In this document: piece by piece, positions 1-10,316 of the stretch
How the letters are laid out: every line of letters begins with the position of its first letter
How positions within the stretch are numbered: position 1 is the first letter of the stretch
The notes under the pieces: model-generated
Seen by the model: the letters and a program-made list of their open reading frames with translations, nothing else
What the model was told of the DNA's origin: nothing
Databases searched by the model: none
Made by a program: the position numbers and the translations under genes
Virus record (IMG/VR): IMGVR_UViG_3300021960_000001
Location: 1-61,952 of that record
Length of the DNA stretch: 61,952 nt
Source: a virus
Taxonomy: Duplodnaviria; Caudoviricetes
Direction: 5' to 3' (one strand)

Positions 1-127
1 ACATTCCCTCAATAGATACGAGTCAGTTCTTAACTGCTGGAGATATTCCTTCAATAGATACGAGTCAGTTCTTAACTGCTGGAGATATTCCTTCAATAGA
101 TACGAGTCAGTTCTTAACTGCTGGAGA
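1..127. repeat. 127-bp terminal overlap, left copy (circular assembly signature)
   Basis: Bases 1-127 are identical to 61826-61952; 127 is a common assembler k-mer size; the reading frame continues across the junction. Confidence 0.95.
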
Positions 128-168
128 TATTCCTTCAATAGATACGAGTCAGTTCTTAACTGCTGGAG
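1..168 (+). repeat. Four tandem 42-bp coding repeats (DIPSIDTSQFLTAG)
   Basis: Unit ATATTCCTTCAATAGATACGAGTCAGTTCTTAACTGCTGGAG at 43, 85 and 127; variant copy at 1; no spacers. Confidence 0.95.
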
Positions 169-1175
169 ACTTACCTTCATTTAATATAGATGATTACAGA
201 GATGATTTTCTTTCTATAGCCAGAGAGGGTGTAGATATTCCTGAGTTTGAGCAACCAGATTTATCAGGATTTGCCAGAATAGAAGACATACCTAGTTTTG
301 ATTTCGACCAAGATTTATTCAGAGACCAACTATTTGATGATATAACAGGAAGTATTAATATTCCAAAACCTCCTCCTGTGTTTGATGAAGACGCATTTAG
401 AGATAATTTATTTGAAGATATTATGGGTAATATTCCTCAACCTCCACAACCACCTCAACCACCTGCGTTCAACGAAGATGAGTTAAGAGAAAGTATCTAT
501 AATGATATTATCGGTGATTTGCCTGGATTGTTTGAAGATTTTGATTTTCCTATTCCTGGGGTTCCTGGAGACTTACCTCCTATGACTCCTCCAACAGATA
601 TTCCTGGAGGAGGTAATCCATATGAAGGTATTTTTGGTCCAGGACAAGGAATGTTTCCTCCTATAAATTTCCCTCCTGGATTTTTTGATGGTATTGGTTT
701 TCCACCAGACGATGGAGGAGGATTGCCGCCGTTTCTTCCACCAATCACCCCTCCGAACGACCCAATTACTCCACCACCTCCCGTGGACAACAAACCAACA
801 GGTCCTATAAATCCGTACACAGGTCAACCAATCAGTAATCCTTATACACCGTACTCAACAGAGAGCGGAGCAACACCATTAAGGAAAGCAATAAGTCCTA
901 GGGATTTTGGTCAAGCTCCTGGATTTGAACGTCCTATAGGAGGTCCTCCTGTTAAACCAATAGACCCACCAAGAAAAGTACCTCCTAAACCACCTTCGAT
1001 TGGAGGAATAGGTGGTGGTGGAAGAGTCTATCTAGACGATGAACTAAGATTACCGCCCCCAGAAGATATTCGCAGATTAAAAGGTGGTGGAGGTATTTCT
1101 ATGTTGCCGATGAACGGACAAGGTGATACACTAACAACACAGGTATTCCAAAGCGGATTCCGACCAAGGAGATAA
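1..1175 (+). CDS. 3' part of a ~509-aa acidic, Pro-rich protein that starts at 61471 and spans the circular junction (putative internal virion protein)
   Basis: Frame 3 is open from base 3 to the TAA at 1175, includes the 378..1175 ORF and is in frame with ATG 61471. Confidence 0.85.
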   Translation, partial: IPSIDTSQFLTAGDIPSIDTSQFLTAGDIPSIDTSQFLTAGDIPSIDTSQFLTAGDLPSFNIDDYRDDFLSIAREGVDIPEFEQPDLSGFARIEDIPSFDFDQDLFRDQLFDDITGSINIPKPPPVFDEDAFRDNLFEDIMGNIPQPPQPPQPPAFNEDELRESIYNDIIGDLPGLFEDFDFPIPGVPGDLPPMTPPTDIPGGGNPYEGIFGPGQGMFPPINFPPGFFDGIGFPPDDGGGLPPFLPPITPPNDPITPPPPVDNKPTGPINPYTGQPISNPYTPYSTESGATPLRKAISPRDFGQAPGFERPIGGPPVKPIDPPRKVPPKPPSIGGIGGGGRVYLDDELRLPPPEDIRRLKGGGGISMLPMNGQGDTLTTQVFQSGFRPRR

Positions 1176-1177
1176 TT

Positions 1178-1855
1178 ATGGACCCAAATGAAAAATTAAC
1201 AGGAATAACACAAATGGCACCTCCGTCTATGATGGCGGGTGGAATGGGTGGTGGACAGCCTCCTATGCCTCCTATGCCTCCTAGGGGCGGCGGACAACCT
1301 CCTATGCCTGAACCAGGGGTGGGAGAAATGGCTATGCAAGGTCAAGAACCCCCTATGGAAGAACCTGCGATGAATGTAGAACAAGATTCAGCCGCATTAG
1401 CACAAGCCGTTGTAGGTAGAACACAAGGAGATATAGGTGCAGCAGTTGCTGTATTAGATAATGCAAAAGCTTTATTAATCGCTAGTACCGAACAACAAGA
1501 GCCTCAGATGATGATGCATGGTGGTGAAGTTCATTATAAGAAAATGGGTGGACCATTATACCGTGAAGGCGGTGGTGCATTAAAACCAGTTCCTGAAGAT
1601 AATAAAGGTTTATCTAAGCTTCCACAAGAAGTTAGAAATAACATGGGCTTTATGAACATGGGTGGACCTTTGTATCGTAAAGGCGGTGGTGGTATGTCTG
1701 ATAGTGATGTACTAAGACAAATGATTATGGAAAATTTACAAAAACCTGCTGTTCAAGAACAAGCTATGGCAAAAGCTATGAATCAAATGAGTCAGCCTCA
1801 ACAAGTTTCTAAGGCAGACGCTATGTCCGACCTTATGAACTATAGAATGTCTTAA
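1178..1855 (+). CDS. Met/Pro/Gly-rich protein with repeated xxGG motifs, putative internal virion protein
   Basis: AGGAG RBS; MGGPLYRxGGG occurs twice; last gene of the late + strand block. Confidence 0.7.
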   Translation: MDPNEKLTGITQMAPPSMMAGGMGGGQPPMPPMPPRGGGQPPMPEPGVGEMAMQGQEPPMEEPAMNVEQDSAALAQAVVGRTQGDIGAAVAVLDNAKALLIASTEQQEPQMMMHGGEVHYKKMGGPLYREGGGALKPVPEDNKGLSKLPQEVRNNMGFMNMGGPLYRKGGGGMSDSDVLRQMIMENLQKPAVQEQAMAKAMNQMSQPQQVSKADAMSDLMNYRMS

Positions 1856-3294
1856 CCTATCCAGTCTTTCCACTTTTCATCACCTAGCACTTCTTGTGCT
1901 AGGTCGAGTTTATTTCGTAAAGCTTTTACAATTTTTTCATCAACCGTGCCTTTAGCAACTAAATCGATATAAGTTACTTTGTTGGTTTGCCCTATACGGT
2001 GTGCACGGTCTTCGGATTGTAAACGTTTTTCAAGGTCATAGTTATTACTATAATAAATAACAGTATTCGCTTCTGTTAGGGTAATACCATAACCACCTGT
2101 TTGAGTATTACTGATTAAATACTGTAAATCTGAAGTAGGGTCTTGAAACCTTTTAATTATTTCTTGTCGTTCTTCGTCAGGTGTTTCTCCGTAGTATGTA
2201 GCTACGCTATCTACTCCTGCTATATCATGAAGTTTCTTTAATATTCTTTTTATATCGTATTGATAGTTAGCCCATATAATAGTTTTGCCTTGTACTTCTT
2301 GTAAAACATCTACAAGTTCGTCTAACCGATTACTTTTTACTTCTACTTCTTCTCCGTTATCATGTCTAACAAAACCACATACTACTTGGTGTAGTCTCAA
2401 TATTTGAGTAAGAACAGAAGTTACACTAACTATTTCATGTGAGTCCAGTTCTGCTATAGCATAATCAGTAAGTTGTTTATAGACTTTCTTTTGTTCAGGG
2501 GTTAGTTCTACTTCCCTACGCTGATACACTTTATCGGGGAGGTCTAAACATTCTTTCTTTAGCACCCTGTATGAGAACTCATTTACATTAGATGTAAGTT
2601 CTTCTAAATTTTGATAGCCGACTACTTGTCTAAAAGACCTAGTTCCCATTTTACGATTAATTAATTTAGCGTATCTGTTTTGAAACGAATAAAAAGATGT
2701 ATAACCTAATAGTTGTGGGGATAGGAAAGTGCTTTGACTATATAAATCTAGGGGTGATTGGGTGACAGGGAAACCTGTAAGTATTCTTCTGTATTTAGTA
2801 TTGATGGCTAGTTTTAATAAATTCTTAGTTCTTTGTGCTTTAGGGTTTTTTATAGTTGTTGATTCATCAACCGCGATTAGTGCATTATGAGCTAAGATAA
2901 ATTTTTCTACAAACGCTACACCTTTTTTGGTACTAAACGCTTCTACGTTTATTACTAATATTTTTAAATCATGCGTAACTTCAAATAATTTAGTTAGTTC
3001 TCTTTTTTGTTTTATTGTTGGTGCTGGATTCCATACACCTATATGCTTTTCTATATGGTCTGGCATATGAGCAGGTATTTCTTTTTCTGACCAGTTCCTA
3101 TACACGCCCTTGGGGGCTATGATTATAGCACCGTTGATACCTCCTTTATCATAAAGGATAGATATATTATCTATAAGAACTTTAGATTTACCAGTACCCA
3201 TTTCCATAAAATAAGCATACTCACGCTTGTTCCATGATTTATTTAACGCCAGAAGTTGATGTTCATACGGCTTCGTTTTAAACTTATATTTCAT
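1852..3294 (-). CDS. SNF2-family (SF2) helicase
   Basis: MEMGTGKS Walker A, DES motif II, LTGFP, QSEDRAHRIGQ motif VI. Confidence 0.92.
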   Translation of the reverse strand: MKYKFKTKPYEHQLLALNKSWNKREYAYFMEMGTGKSKVLIDNISILYDKGGINGAIIIAPKGVYRNWSEKEIPAHMPDHIEKHIGVWNPAPTIKQKRELTKLFEVTHDLKILVINVEAFSTKKGVAFVEKFILAHNALIAVDESTTIKNPKAQRTKNLLKLAINTKYRRILTGFPVTQSPLDLYSQSTFLSPQLLGYTSFYSFQNRYAKLINRKMGTRSFRQVVGYQNLEELTSNVNEFSYRVLKKECLDLPDKVYQRREVELTPEQKKVYKQLTDYAIAELDSHEIVSVTSVLTQILRLHQVVCGFVRHDNGEEVEVKSNRLDELVDVLQEVQGKTIIWANYQYDIKRILKKLHDIAGVDSVATYYGETPDEERQEIIKRFQDPTSDLQYLISNTQTGGYGITLTEANTVIYYSNNYDLEKRLQSEDRAHRIGQTNKVTYIDLVAKGTVDEKIVKALRNKLDLAQEVLGDEKWKDWIG

Positions 3295-3320
3295 ATTAAC
3301 CTTTCTAATTTCTAATTGAG

Positions 3321-3356
3321 ATTATATATTACAAACTAGTAGAATTAAAAGTACAA
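3321..3356 (-). promoter_or_regulatory. Putative sigma70-like promoter for the SNF2 helicase
   Basis: Minus strand has TATAAT upstream of an AGAAAGG RBS; the -35 element is uncertain. Confidence 0.45.
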
Positions 3357-3364
3357 CGTAATAC

Positions 3365-3528
3365 TTTCTCATGCCCTCTAATAGATTCATTGAGTTTTTA
3401 ATACTGACATCTTTAAATCTAATATTGGTTTACCCTCTAAAACATTGTGTTTTACTATAGTCAGTATTAGTATATTAGTTATATTAGTAGTTCTTAAAAT
3501 ATTTTTTCACAAAAAATTTTTAATTTTA
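3365..3528. repeat. AT-rich intergenic element, copy A (inverted homolog at 22996-23167); candidate origin or protein-binding array
   Basis: Shares a 16/16 block (TTTCTCATGCCCTCTA) and a 22/23 block (TATTAGTATATTAGTTATATTAG) with the reverse complement of copy B. Confidence 0.75.
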
Positions 3529-3549
3529 AAAAGACATATCGGTAATAAC

Positions 3550-3610
3550 TTTACTTTGCCTTTATTCGTATATATTATTTAAAACGTAACTAGAAATAAG
3601 AAAGGAGAAA
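3550..3610 (+). promoter_or_regulatory. Early promoter TTTACT-N17-TATTAT with AGAAAGGAGAAA RBS
   Basis: Motif recurs before several early genes. Confidence 0.65.
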
Positions 3611-3613
3611 AAA

Positions 3614-3940
3614 GTGACAGTATATGTTGTACAAGAAGTTCAAGGACGAAATATCGCCTCTGCTAGGCAGTATGGTGATTTTGAAGTTCTATTACCTTCT
3701 AACACACAAATTATGTTAAGTGCGTCTCCTTCAGTCCGTAGGATGAAAAGTCTCTTACAAGATTACAAAGAAGGAGATTACTTATTACTAATAGGCGACC
3801 CTGCCGCCATAGGAGTAGCGTGTTCTATCGCTGCATTTTATAATCGAGGTAGGTATAGTATATTAAAGTGGGATAGGCAGGAAGGTATGTACTATCCCGT
3901 TGATATTGACCTACACCAGAAAGGAGAAATAGATGAATGA
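3614..3940 (+). CDS. Hypothetical phage protein
   Basis: GTG start with strong RBS; first gene of the replication operon. Confidence 0.75.
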   Translation: MTVYVVQEVQGRNIASARQYGDFEVLLPSNTQIMLSASPSVRRMKSLLQDYKEGDYLLLIGDPAAIGVACSIAAFYNRGRYSILKWDRQEGMYYPVDIDLHQKGEIDE

Positions 3941-4508
3941 AAAACCAACCTTTGAGGACTTAGTCGGTACGGATGATGTTCAGGAATGGACAAATAATGT
4001 AACCGATGGAGAACTCACTATAGTTTCTGATTTAGCCAATAAACAGTTAAAACTAGCTACTGAAGTATCAGAGTTAGAGGCTGATTTAAAAGCTAAAAAA
4101 GAAGAACTTCGTTTGACTTCGGAGCAAGAACTACCTGATGCTATGCAACAGGCAGGGCTTACACAAATAACACTTAGTAGTGGCGAAAAGATTGCTATTA
4201 ATGAGTTTTATAATGCTCACATATCGAAGGCAAACCAAGAAAAAGCGTATGAATGGCTAGTAACCAATGGACACGAAGGACTTATAAAGAACGAAGTTCT
4301 ATTAAAGTTCGGTCGTGAAGAAACTGAAGTAGTTGACCAAACTGTTTCAGCTCTACAGTCCAGAGGTTTATCACCAGAGGTACGTCAGAGTGTTCACCCT
4401 AGTACATTAAAAGCTTTTGTAAAAGAGCAGATTACAACGGGGAACGATATACCAACCGAGCCATTTGGTATCTATATAGGTACTAAAGCTACTATTAAAA
4501 AGGATTAA
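3933..4508 (+). CDS. Conserved phage replication-module protein (coiled-coil N-terminus)
   Basis: Strong RBS; ELPDAM, AYEWL..GHEGLIKNEV and VHPSTLKAFVKE pattern typical of phage replication clusters. Confidence 0.7.
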   Translation: MNEKPTFEDLVGTDDVQEWTNNVTDGELTIVSDLANKQLKLATEVSELEADLKAKKEELRLTSEQELPDAMQQAGLTQITLSSGEKIAINEFYNAHISKANQEKAYEWLVTNGHEGLIKNEVLLKFGREETEVVDQTVSALQSRGLSPEVRQSVHPSTLKAFVKEQITTGNDIPTEPFGIYIGTKATIKKD

Positions 4509-4512
4509 TATT

Positions 4513-5289
4513 ATGGCAGATAATAAAAATGAAATAGCTGAAGCTAAGACTACAGCAGTTAGTACGTTTGATGATTCGTTACTATCAGGCGGTACTGGGT
4601 TAGAGGAAACTACAACGGATGATTTTGCGATTCCGTTTATTAGAGTTCTACAACCTATGTCACCACAACTACAAAAACAACACGGAAGCTACGTAGCGGG
4701 TGCTAGTGCAGGAGACTTGTACAACACTGTTACAGGTGAAGCTTACGATGGAGAAGCAGGAGTATCTATTGTTCCATGTGCTTATAACAAAAAGTATATA
4801 GAATGGATTCCTAGAGAAAAAGGCGGTGGTTTAGTAAACGCTAACCACGATATTTCTATACTTTCTAAGTGTACAAGAGACCCTGAGTCTAGAAGATACT
4901 ACACACCTGAAGGTAATGAAATTGTAGAAACAGCTCAGTTTTTTGTTCTAGTAGTTCCTGAGGGAAAAGCTCCTCAACAAGCAGTTCTTGCATTTACGTC
5001 TACTCAACTAGGAGTATCTAGGAAGTGGCTAACCATGTTAAGAATGGCTAGAGTACAGAACTCAAAAGGTGAATCAGTAGAAGCTCCTATGTTTGCTTAT
5101 ACCTATAGACTAACCACAACTACGCAGTCAAATGATAAAGGTAGTTGGAACGCTTATAGTATCAACCAGGAAGGTGCGACCGATATGTCTGTGGCTATGA
5201 TGGCTAAAGACTTTATGGGTGCTGCTAAATCTGGAGATGTTGCAGTAAAACAAGAACAGCAGAACGATATTGTTAACGACACTATCTAA
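4513..5289 (+). CDS. Putative ssDNA-binding or recombination protein
   Basis: Lies just before the primase; beta-rich sequence with acidic ends; function is inferred from context. Confidence 0.5.
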   Translation: MADNKNEIAEAKTTAVSTFDDSLLSGGTGLEETTTDDFAIPFIRVLQPMSPQLQKQHGSYVAGASAGDLYNTVTGEAYDGEAGVSIVPCAYNKKYIEWIPREKGGGLVNANHDISILSKCTRDPESRRYYTPEGNEIVETAQFFVLVVPEGKAPQQAVLAFTSTQLGVSRKWLTMLRMARVQNSKGESVEAPMFAYTYRLTTTTQSNDKGSWNAYSINQEGATDMSVAMMAKDFMGAAKSGDVAVKQEQQNDIVNDTI

Positions 5290-5300
5290 GGAGATATTGT

Positions 5301-6824
5301 ATGTCGTTAGCAAAAGAGTTTGCTGTACGCTATGCAGGACTACGTCAAGCGTATGGAACTTTTACAGCTAACAATGAAACTAGGGAAGATGGAAAGGCAA
5401 GTGGTAAAAACATTACTATTTCTAAAGAACTATCAGATAGTGATTTATTAAAGTTATGGGAAGACCACTTGTCTGGTCATCAAAGCGTAGGTATTGTAGC
5501 GATAGATGAACACAATAAGTGTGTCTGGGGAGCCATAGACGTTGACGAGTATCAGCTAGATTTAAAAGATTTAGCAATTAAAATAGCGAAGCAAGAATTA
5601 CCATTAGTCCTTTGCCGTAGTAAAAGTGGTGGAGCACATATTTATATCTTTTTGACCGAGCCAGTATCGGCTTCCATGCTTCAAAGAAAACTTAGACAGA
5701 TTGCAGCAGCTATCGGTTATGGTCAAGTAGAGATTTTTCCTAAACAAACAAAACTATTATTAGATAGAGGAGATAGAGGCAGTACATTAAATATGCCTTA
5801 CTTTGGTGGAGAAAACTCCACTAGATACGCTTATGATAAAAAAGGAGCAGCAATGACTCCTGAAGAATTTTTAAACTATGCTAAAGAAATAGAACTAACA
5901 CCCAATGAATTAGAAAAACTAGAAGCTAGTCCTTTAAATGAAACAATGGACTGGTTAGACCAAGCACCTCCGTGTATACAACACTTAGTAGTACAAGGCT
6001 TTCCTAAAGGCTCACGTAACTCAGGACTGTTTAATGTAGGAGTTTTCCTAAGGAAGAAGTTTCCTGATGATTGGGAACGCAGATTAGAAGATGTTAATAT
6101 AAAGTTCATGCAACCTCCATTAGGTGCACAAGAAGTATTAACCGTTGCTAAACAGCTACAAAGAAAAGACTACTTTTATAAATGTAATGACCAACCTATA
6201 GCGAGCCATTGTAATAGTCCTTTATGTAGAACTCGTAAGTTTGGTATAGGTGCCAACGGTGGCACACCTTTATTCAGTAACCTTACAAAACAGGATAGCG
6301 ACCCACCTATATGGTTTTTAGATGTTGAAGGCGGTAGACTAGAGTTAGAAACAGACGACTTGTTAAATCAAAACAGATTTCAACGTAAGTGTATGGACGC
6401 TCTTAACAAGATACCACCTAAGGTAAAAGAAAACGTCTGGAATCAGATTATACAGCAGTTATTAGACGCTATAACAATAGTAGAGGTTCCTAAAGAAAGT
6501 TCTACAGAAGGTTATTTTATGGAACTTTTAGAAGCTTTCTGTACAGAAAGACCCGCTAGAGAACGTGATGAACTGTTGTTGCATAAGCCATGGACTAATA
6601 ACGGTAAAACATATTTTAGGCTTATGGATTTAATGGATTATTTACATAGGAATAATTTCAAAGAATATCAAAGAAACAAGCTAACTTCTAAGTTAAAACA
6701 GCTTCATGGAGAGCCATACTTTTTTAACATTAAAGGCAAAGGTGTAAACGTTTGGTTTATAGAGGAGTTTAAAGCACAGGACGAGCCTCATGACTTGCCT
6801 GAATTTAACGATAATTTATTATGA
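5301..6824 (+). CDS. AEP-superfamily primase with PriCT-like domain
   Basis: WGAIDVD (DxD), RSKSGGAH (SxH), then PPCIQ..GSRNSGLF and a Cys cluster. Confidence 0.8.
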   Translation: MSLAKEFAVRYAGLRQAYGTFTANNETREDGKASGKNITISKELSDSDLLKLWEDHLSGHQSVGIVAIDEHNKCVWGAIDVDEYQLDLKDLAIKIAKQELPLVLCRSKSGGAHIYIFLTEPVSASMLQRKLRQIAAAIGYGQVEIFPKQTKLLLDRGDRGSTLNMPYFGGENSTRYAYDKKGAAMTPEEFLNYAKEIELTPNELEKLEASPLNETMDWLDQAPPCIQHLVVQGFPKGSRNSGLFNVGVFLRKKFPDDWERRLEDVNIKFMQPPLGAQEVLTVAKQLQRKDYFYKCNDQPIASHCNSPLCRTRKFGIGANGGTPLFSNLTKQDSDPPIWFLDVEGGRLELETDDLLNQNRFQRKCMDALNKIPPKVKENVWNQIIQQLLDAITIVEVPKESSTEGYFMELLEAFCTERPARERDELLLHKPWTNNGKTYFRLMDLMDYLHRNNFKEYQRNKLTSKLKQLHGEPYFFNIKGKGVNVWFIEEFKAQDEPHDLPEFNDNLL

Positions 6825-7411
6825 TAGTTTATATTAAAAAACATTTTAAAAACGCTAATCCTGGAATCGAGTACAACCAATGGGACGAGCCTAGAGAAAG
6901 AGAGTTCAATGGCTCTATGGTAAAAGGAAGAAAAACAAAAGGCTTCGGCAGTTCTTCTTTCAACTACGCAGGAAAACTTTATGAACCAACGCCATGGACT
7001 AAAGCTATGTACGATATAAAACAACAGGCGGAAAGATTGGTATGGGAAGAACTAGAAGTAGATAAACAGTTTACGTTTTGTCTATGTGGTTATTACGGTA
7101 TCGATGGCAAAGGTATACCACACCACTCGGACACAGTACCGACACTAGACGACATAGTTGTCTCTATATCTTTAGGTGCACCAAGAGTATTTGTACAAAG
7201 AACATACCAGAATGAAGTAAAGAAACACACCAATACTAGTGAAATAGAAACAAAAATAGAAAACTTTGTGATAGATGAAAAACATTACATATTAGAACAC
7301 GGAGACGTACTGATATTTGATGGTCGTAACCAAATGACTTCTACTCATGCTGTACCTAGTTTAGAGTCAGCAGGAGAAAGAATCAATTTAACTTTCAGGA
7401 GTGGTCTATGA
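6821..7411 (+). CDS. AlkB-like 2OG-Fe(II) dioxygenase
   Basis: HSD, SISLGAPRVF, LEHGDVLIF, HAVP, RINLTFR. Confidence 0.88.
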   Translation: MIVYIKKHFKNANPGIEYNQWDEPREREFNGSMVKGRKTKGFGSSSFNYAGKLYEPTPWTKAMYDIKQQAERLVWEELEVDKQFTFCLCGYYGIDGKGIPHHSDTVPTLDDIVVSISLGAPRVFVQRTYQNEVKKHTNTSEIETKIENFVIDEKHYILEHGDVLIFDGRNQMTSTHAVPSLESAGERINLTFRSGL

Positions 7412-8904
7412 CCCTACCAAGCCACACACAAGTTATTCTTGGACCACCAGGAACAGGAAAAACGAGTACGTTGCTTGGTCTTATAGAAGACGAACTACAA
7501 AACGGAACACAGCCTGAAAGCATAGGGTTTTTTACATTTACTAAAAAAGCAGTAACCGAAGGTAAACAAAGGGCTATGGCTAAGTTTAGTATAAGTGATA
7601 GAGATTTACCTTTCTTTAGAACATTACATTCTCTAGCTTTTAGACAACTAGGATTAACTAGGGAAAGTGTTGTAAGTAATACAGATATAAAAGATTTAAA
7701 TGAAAAATTAAACTTACGACTTACTGGTAGAACGACCACGGACGACGGTCATTTGTTCGGTATGACTCATGATGACCGTTTAGCCTTTATAGAAAATCTT
7801 GCTCGTATGCGTAATATACCATTAGAGCAGCAGTGGCATGAAGTAGAAGACGCAGTAGGGTGGTTTGAATTAGAAAGGTTTGCTAGAGGGCTTCAATTAT
7901 TTAAAGAGGACAGGCTGTTAGTTGATTATACAGACATGCTACATAAGTTTTTACACGAAGGAGATGTGCCATCGTTAGATGTTATGTTTGTAGATGAAGC
8001 TCAAGACTTGTCTCCTTTACAGTGGGCTGTGGTTCGCAAGGTTGCAGAAAAAGCTAAAAAGATATATGTAGCAGGAGATGATGACCAAGCTATTTATAAA
8101 TGGGCAGGTGCGGATGTTGATTATCTTATAAACAACTCTAAAAACGCAATGGTATTAAAACAATCGTACCGCGTACCATCGTCTGTTCATGAAGTAGCTA
8201 GTCGTTGTATAGGTCAAGTTCGTTCTAGAATACACAAAGAATGGACTCCTAGGAAAGATGAGGGTATTGTTCGTTGGGAGCCTACAATAGAATTAGTCAA
8301 TATGGAAAAAGGGGATTGGTTAGTATTGGCTAGAACAAATTATCTTTTAAACGAGGTCGATGAATACTGTAGAAACGAAGGATGGTTTTTTGAAGTTAAA
8401 GGCAGACCTAGTATATCAGAAGCTAAAGTACGAGCCGTGATATATTGGGAAAGGTTACGAAAAGGAGAAGCTGTTAGCTTAAATGAGTGTGCAAATATAT
8501 TAAAGTTCGTTAAGGTAGATAAACATAAAAAACTAGATATGTTAGACTCTGATTTAGTAATGCAATACGAAGACCTCAAAAGTCATTTCCCTGATTTACC
8601 TGAAGGCAACTGGTACGATGTTTTTACTCTACTGAGTCCTAGCGAAGTAAGTTATATAAGAGCCATGTTGCGTAGAGGAGAAAAAATAACCAAACAACCT
8701 AGAATACGTTTATCGACTATACATGCCGCCAAGGGAGGAGAAGCTACAAACGTTGTACTGTTAACAGATATAACAACAAGAGTATATAAAAACTATCAAC
8801 AAAACCCTGACGATGAAAATAGAGTATTCTATGTTGGAGTAACGAGAACAAAAGAAAACTTGTATCTGATAGAACCAAAATCGCCCCGCTGCTATCAGAT
8901 ATAA
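7408..8904 (+). CDS. UvrD/Rep-like SF1 helicase
   Basis: GPPGTGKT, VDEAQD, GDDDQAIY, STIHAAKGGE, FYVGVTR. Confidence 0.93.
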   Translation: MTLPSHTQVILGPPGTGKTSTLLGLIEDELQNGTQPESIGFFTFTKKAVTEGKQRAMAKFSISDRDLPFFRTLHSLAFRQLGLTRESVVSNTDIKDLNEKLNLRLTGRTTTDDGHLFGMTHDDRLAFIENLARMRNIPLEQQWHEVEDAVGWFELERFARGLQLFKEDRLLVDYTDMLHKFLHEGDVPSLDVMFVDEAQDLSPLQWAVVRKVAEKAKKIYVAGDDDQAIYKWAGADVDYLINNSKNAMVLKQSYRVPSSVHEVASRCIGQVRSRIHKEWTPRKDEGIVRWEPTIELVNMEKGDWLVLARTNYLLNEVDEYCRNEGWFFEVKGRPSISEAKVRAVIYWERLRKGEAVSLNECANILKFVKVDKHKKLDMLDSDLVMQYEDLKSHFPDLPEGNWYDVFTLLSPSEVSYIRAMLRRGEKITKQPRIRLSTIHAAKGGEATNVVLLTDITTRVYKNYQQNPDDENRVFYVGVTRTKENLYLIEPKSPRCYQI

Positions 8905-8909
8905 AAGTT

Positions 8910-8981
8910 CTTTACTTTGCATATAAAAGTAAAGTATAAAAGGTATAATTTTTAATTATTTATGTTTAAAGAAAGGAGAAA
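8910..8981 (+). promoter_or_regulatory. Promoter with palindrome CTTTACTTT-N7-AAAGTAAAG and AGAAAGGAGAAA RBS
   Basis: 9-bp inverted repeat at 8910-8918 / 8926-8934 followed by TATAAA and TATAAT. Confidence 0.6.
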
Positions 8982-8984
8982 ATT

Positions 8985-9467
8985 ATGAACATATTTTATT
9001 TTAGTGAAGACCCTGTGACTTCTGCTAAAGCACAACCTGACAAGATGTTAGTTAAGATGCCTTTAGAGACTGCACAGATGTTATGCACCGCTCACCGCAT
9101 ATTAGATGGAGACGACTATGCAGATGAAGTTGGCTTATATAAAAAAGCTTACATGAACCATCCTTGTACAATATGGGCTAGGGAGTGTAGTGGTAATTAT
9201 TGGTGGCTCTACAAACATTTTTTAGCGTTAGGTAATGAATATACTTACCGCTACAAGCGTACTCATGCTAGTCTTACAAAACTAGCTGATGCTTTATACG
9301 TAATGCCTAAAAACATTACTAGAGGTCTTATGACCGATGTAGCACAGGCTATGCCTGATGAATACAAAAACGAGGACTCTACTTTGGCTTATCGTAATTA
9401 CGTGATAAACGAAAAACATTACGCTAAGTGGGAGAAGGGTAGAAATAAACCAAGTTGGTGGAGGTAA
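8985..9467 (+). CDS. Pyrimidine-dimer DNA glycosylase / endonuclease V family protein
   Basis: MNIF....P..SA....DK..VKMPLETAQMLCTAH and NHPCTIW signatures. Confidence 0.78.
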   Translation: MNIFYFSEDPVTSAKAQPDKMLVKMPLETAQMLCTAHRILDGDDYADEVGLYKKAYMNHPCTIWARECSGNYWWLYKHFLALGNEYTYRYKRTHASLTKLADALYVMPKNITRGLMTDVAQAMPDEYKNEDSTLAYRNYVINEKHYAKWEKGRNKPSWWR

Positions 9468-9473
9468 AATAAA

Positions 9474-10316
9474 ATGTCATCAATAAGAAAGAAACTACTC
9501 GTCAATGAAAACGATAGTAAAAACACAAGAATGGATATTGCTAGTGCGGGTGTACTGGCTAACTGGCGACCTGATGAGATAGCTCATATGAGCCGTTTCG
9601 ATAATATAGCTTCTATGTGTATAGAAGAAGCTAAACGATTAGGCAGACCCTTAGATACGTTTGAAGTAGGTTGTGGAGAGTGTTGGACTCTTAGAAACTT
9701 ATATAAAGCTTATGTTATTAAAAAGTCTGATGTAATTAAATCATATTATGGCTACGATATAGACCCTATGTGCGAGTTAGAAAATCCTTTTTGGTCTAAC
9801 GCGGGTAATCCGTTAAAAGACTCTACATGGTTTCAAAACTTTAACGGAGAGATAAGAATACAAGACTTAACAGTAGACCCTGTATTTAAGCTAGAGGATG
9901 AAAGTATTGATTTTTTCTGGACTACCGAAGTTATTGAACATATGGGTAGAGAGTTTATCCCTGCATGGCTAGACGATGCGGCTAGGGTTATGCGACCAAA
10001 TGCATTAGCTTTTGTCTCTACGCCTAACCACGACGGTTCTAACGACAAGCTTCCTGAAGACCACGTATACGAGTGGGGTTTCCAAGAACTAAAAGAAGAA
10101 TTAGAAAGGAACTTCGAAATACTAGACGTAACAGGAACGTTTATACAACTACCTAACTTAAAGAAAGCTATGAAAGAAGATTCTAAAACAGGTTGGACTC
10201 CTGAACAATATAAGCAACTACAAAGCAGATATGGTAGACAGTTCTTAAGAGTTGTTGCAGCAACATTCTATCCTGAAGTTGCGAATAACTGTTCTTGGGT
10301 GTTAAGGAAGAAGTAA
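9474..10316 (+). CDS. Class I SAM-dependent methyltransferase
   Basis: FEVGCG motif I, GYDID, IDFFWTTEVIEH, STPN. Confidence 0.85.
   Translation: MSSIRKKLLVNENDSKNTRMDIASAGVLANWRPDEIAHMSRFDNIASMCIEEAKRLGRPLDTFEVGCGECWTLRNLYKAYVIKKSDVIKSYYGYDIDPMCELENPFWSNAGNPLKDSTWFQNFNGEIRIQDLTVDPVFKLEDESIDFFWTTEVIEHMGREFIPAWLDDAARVMRPNALAFVSTPNHDGSNDKLPEDHVYEWGFQELKEELERNFEILDVTGTFIQLPNLKKAMKEDSKTGWTPEQYKQLQSRYGRQFLRVVAATFYPEVANNCSWVLRKK

Noticed and set aside
1-168. 42-bp repeats as a CRISPR array
   Set aside because: Units are head-to-tail with no spacers, are a multiple of 3, lie in an open reading frame, and no cas genes are present
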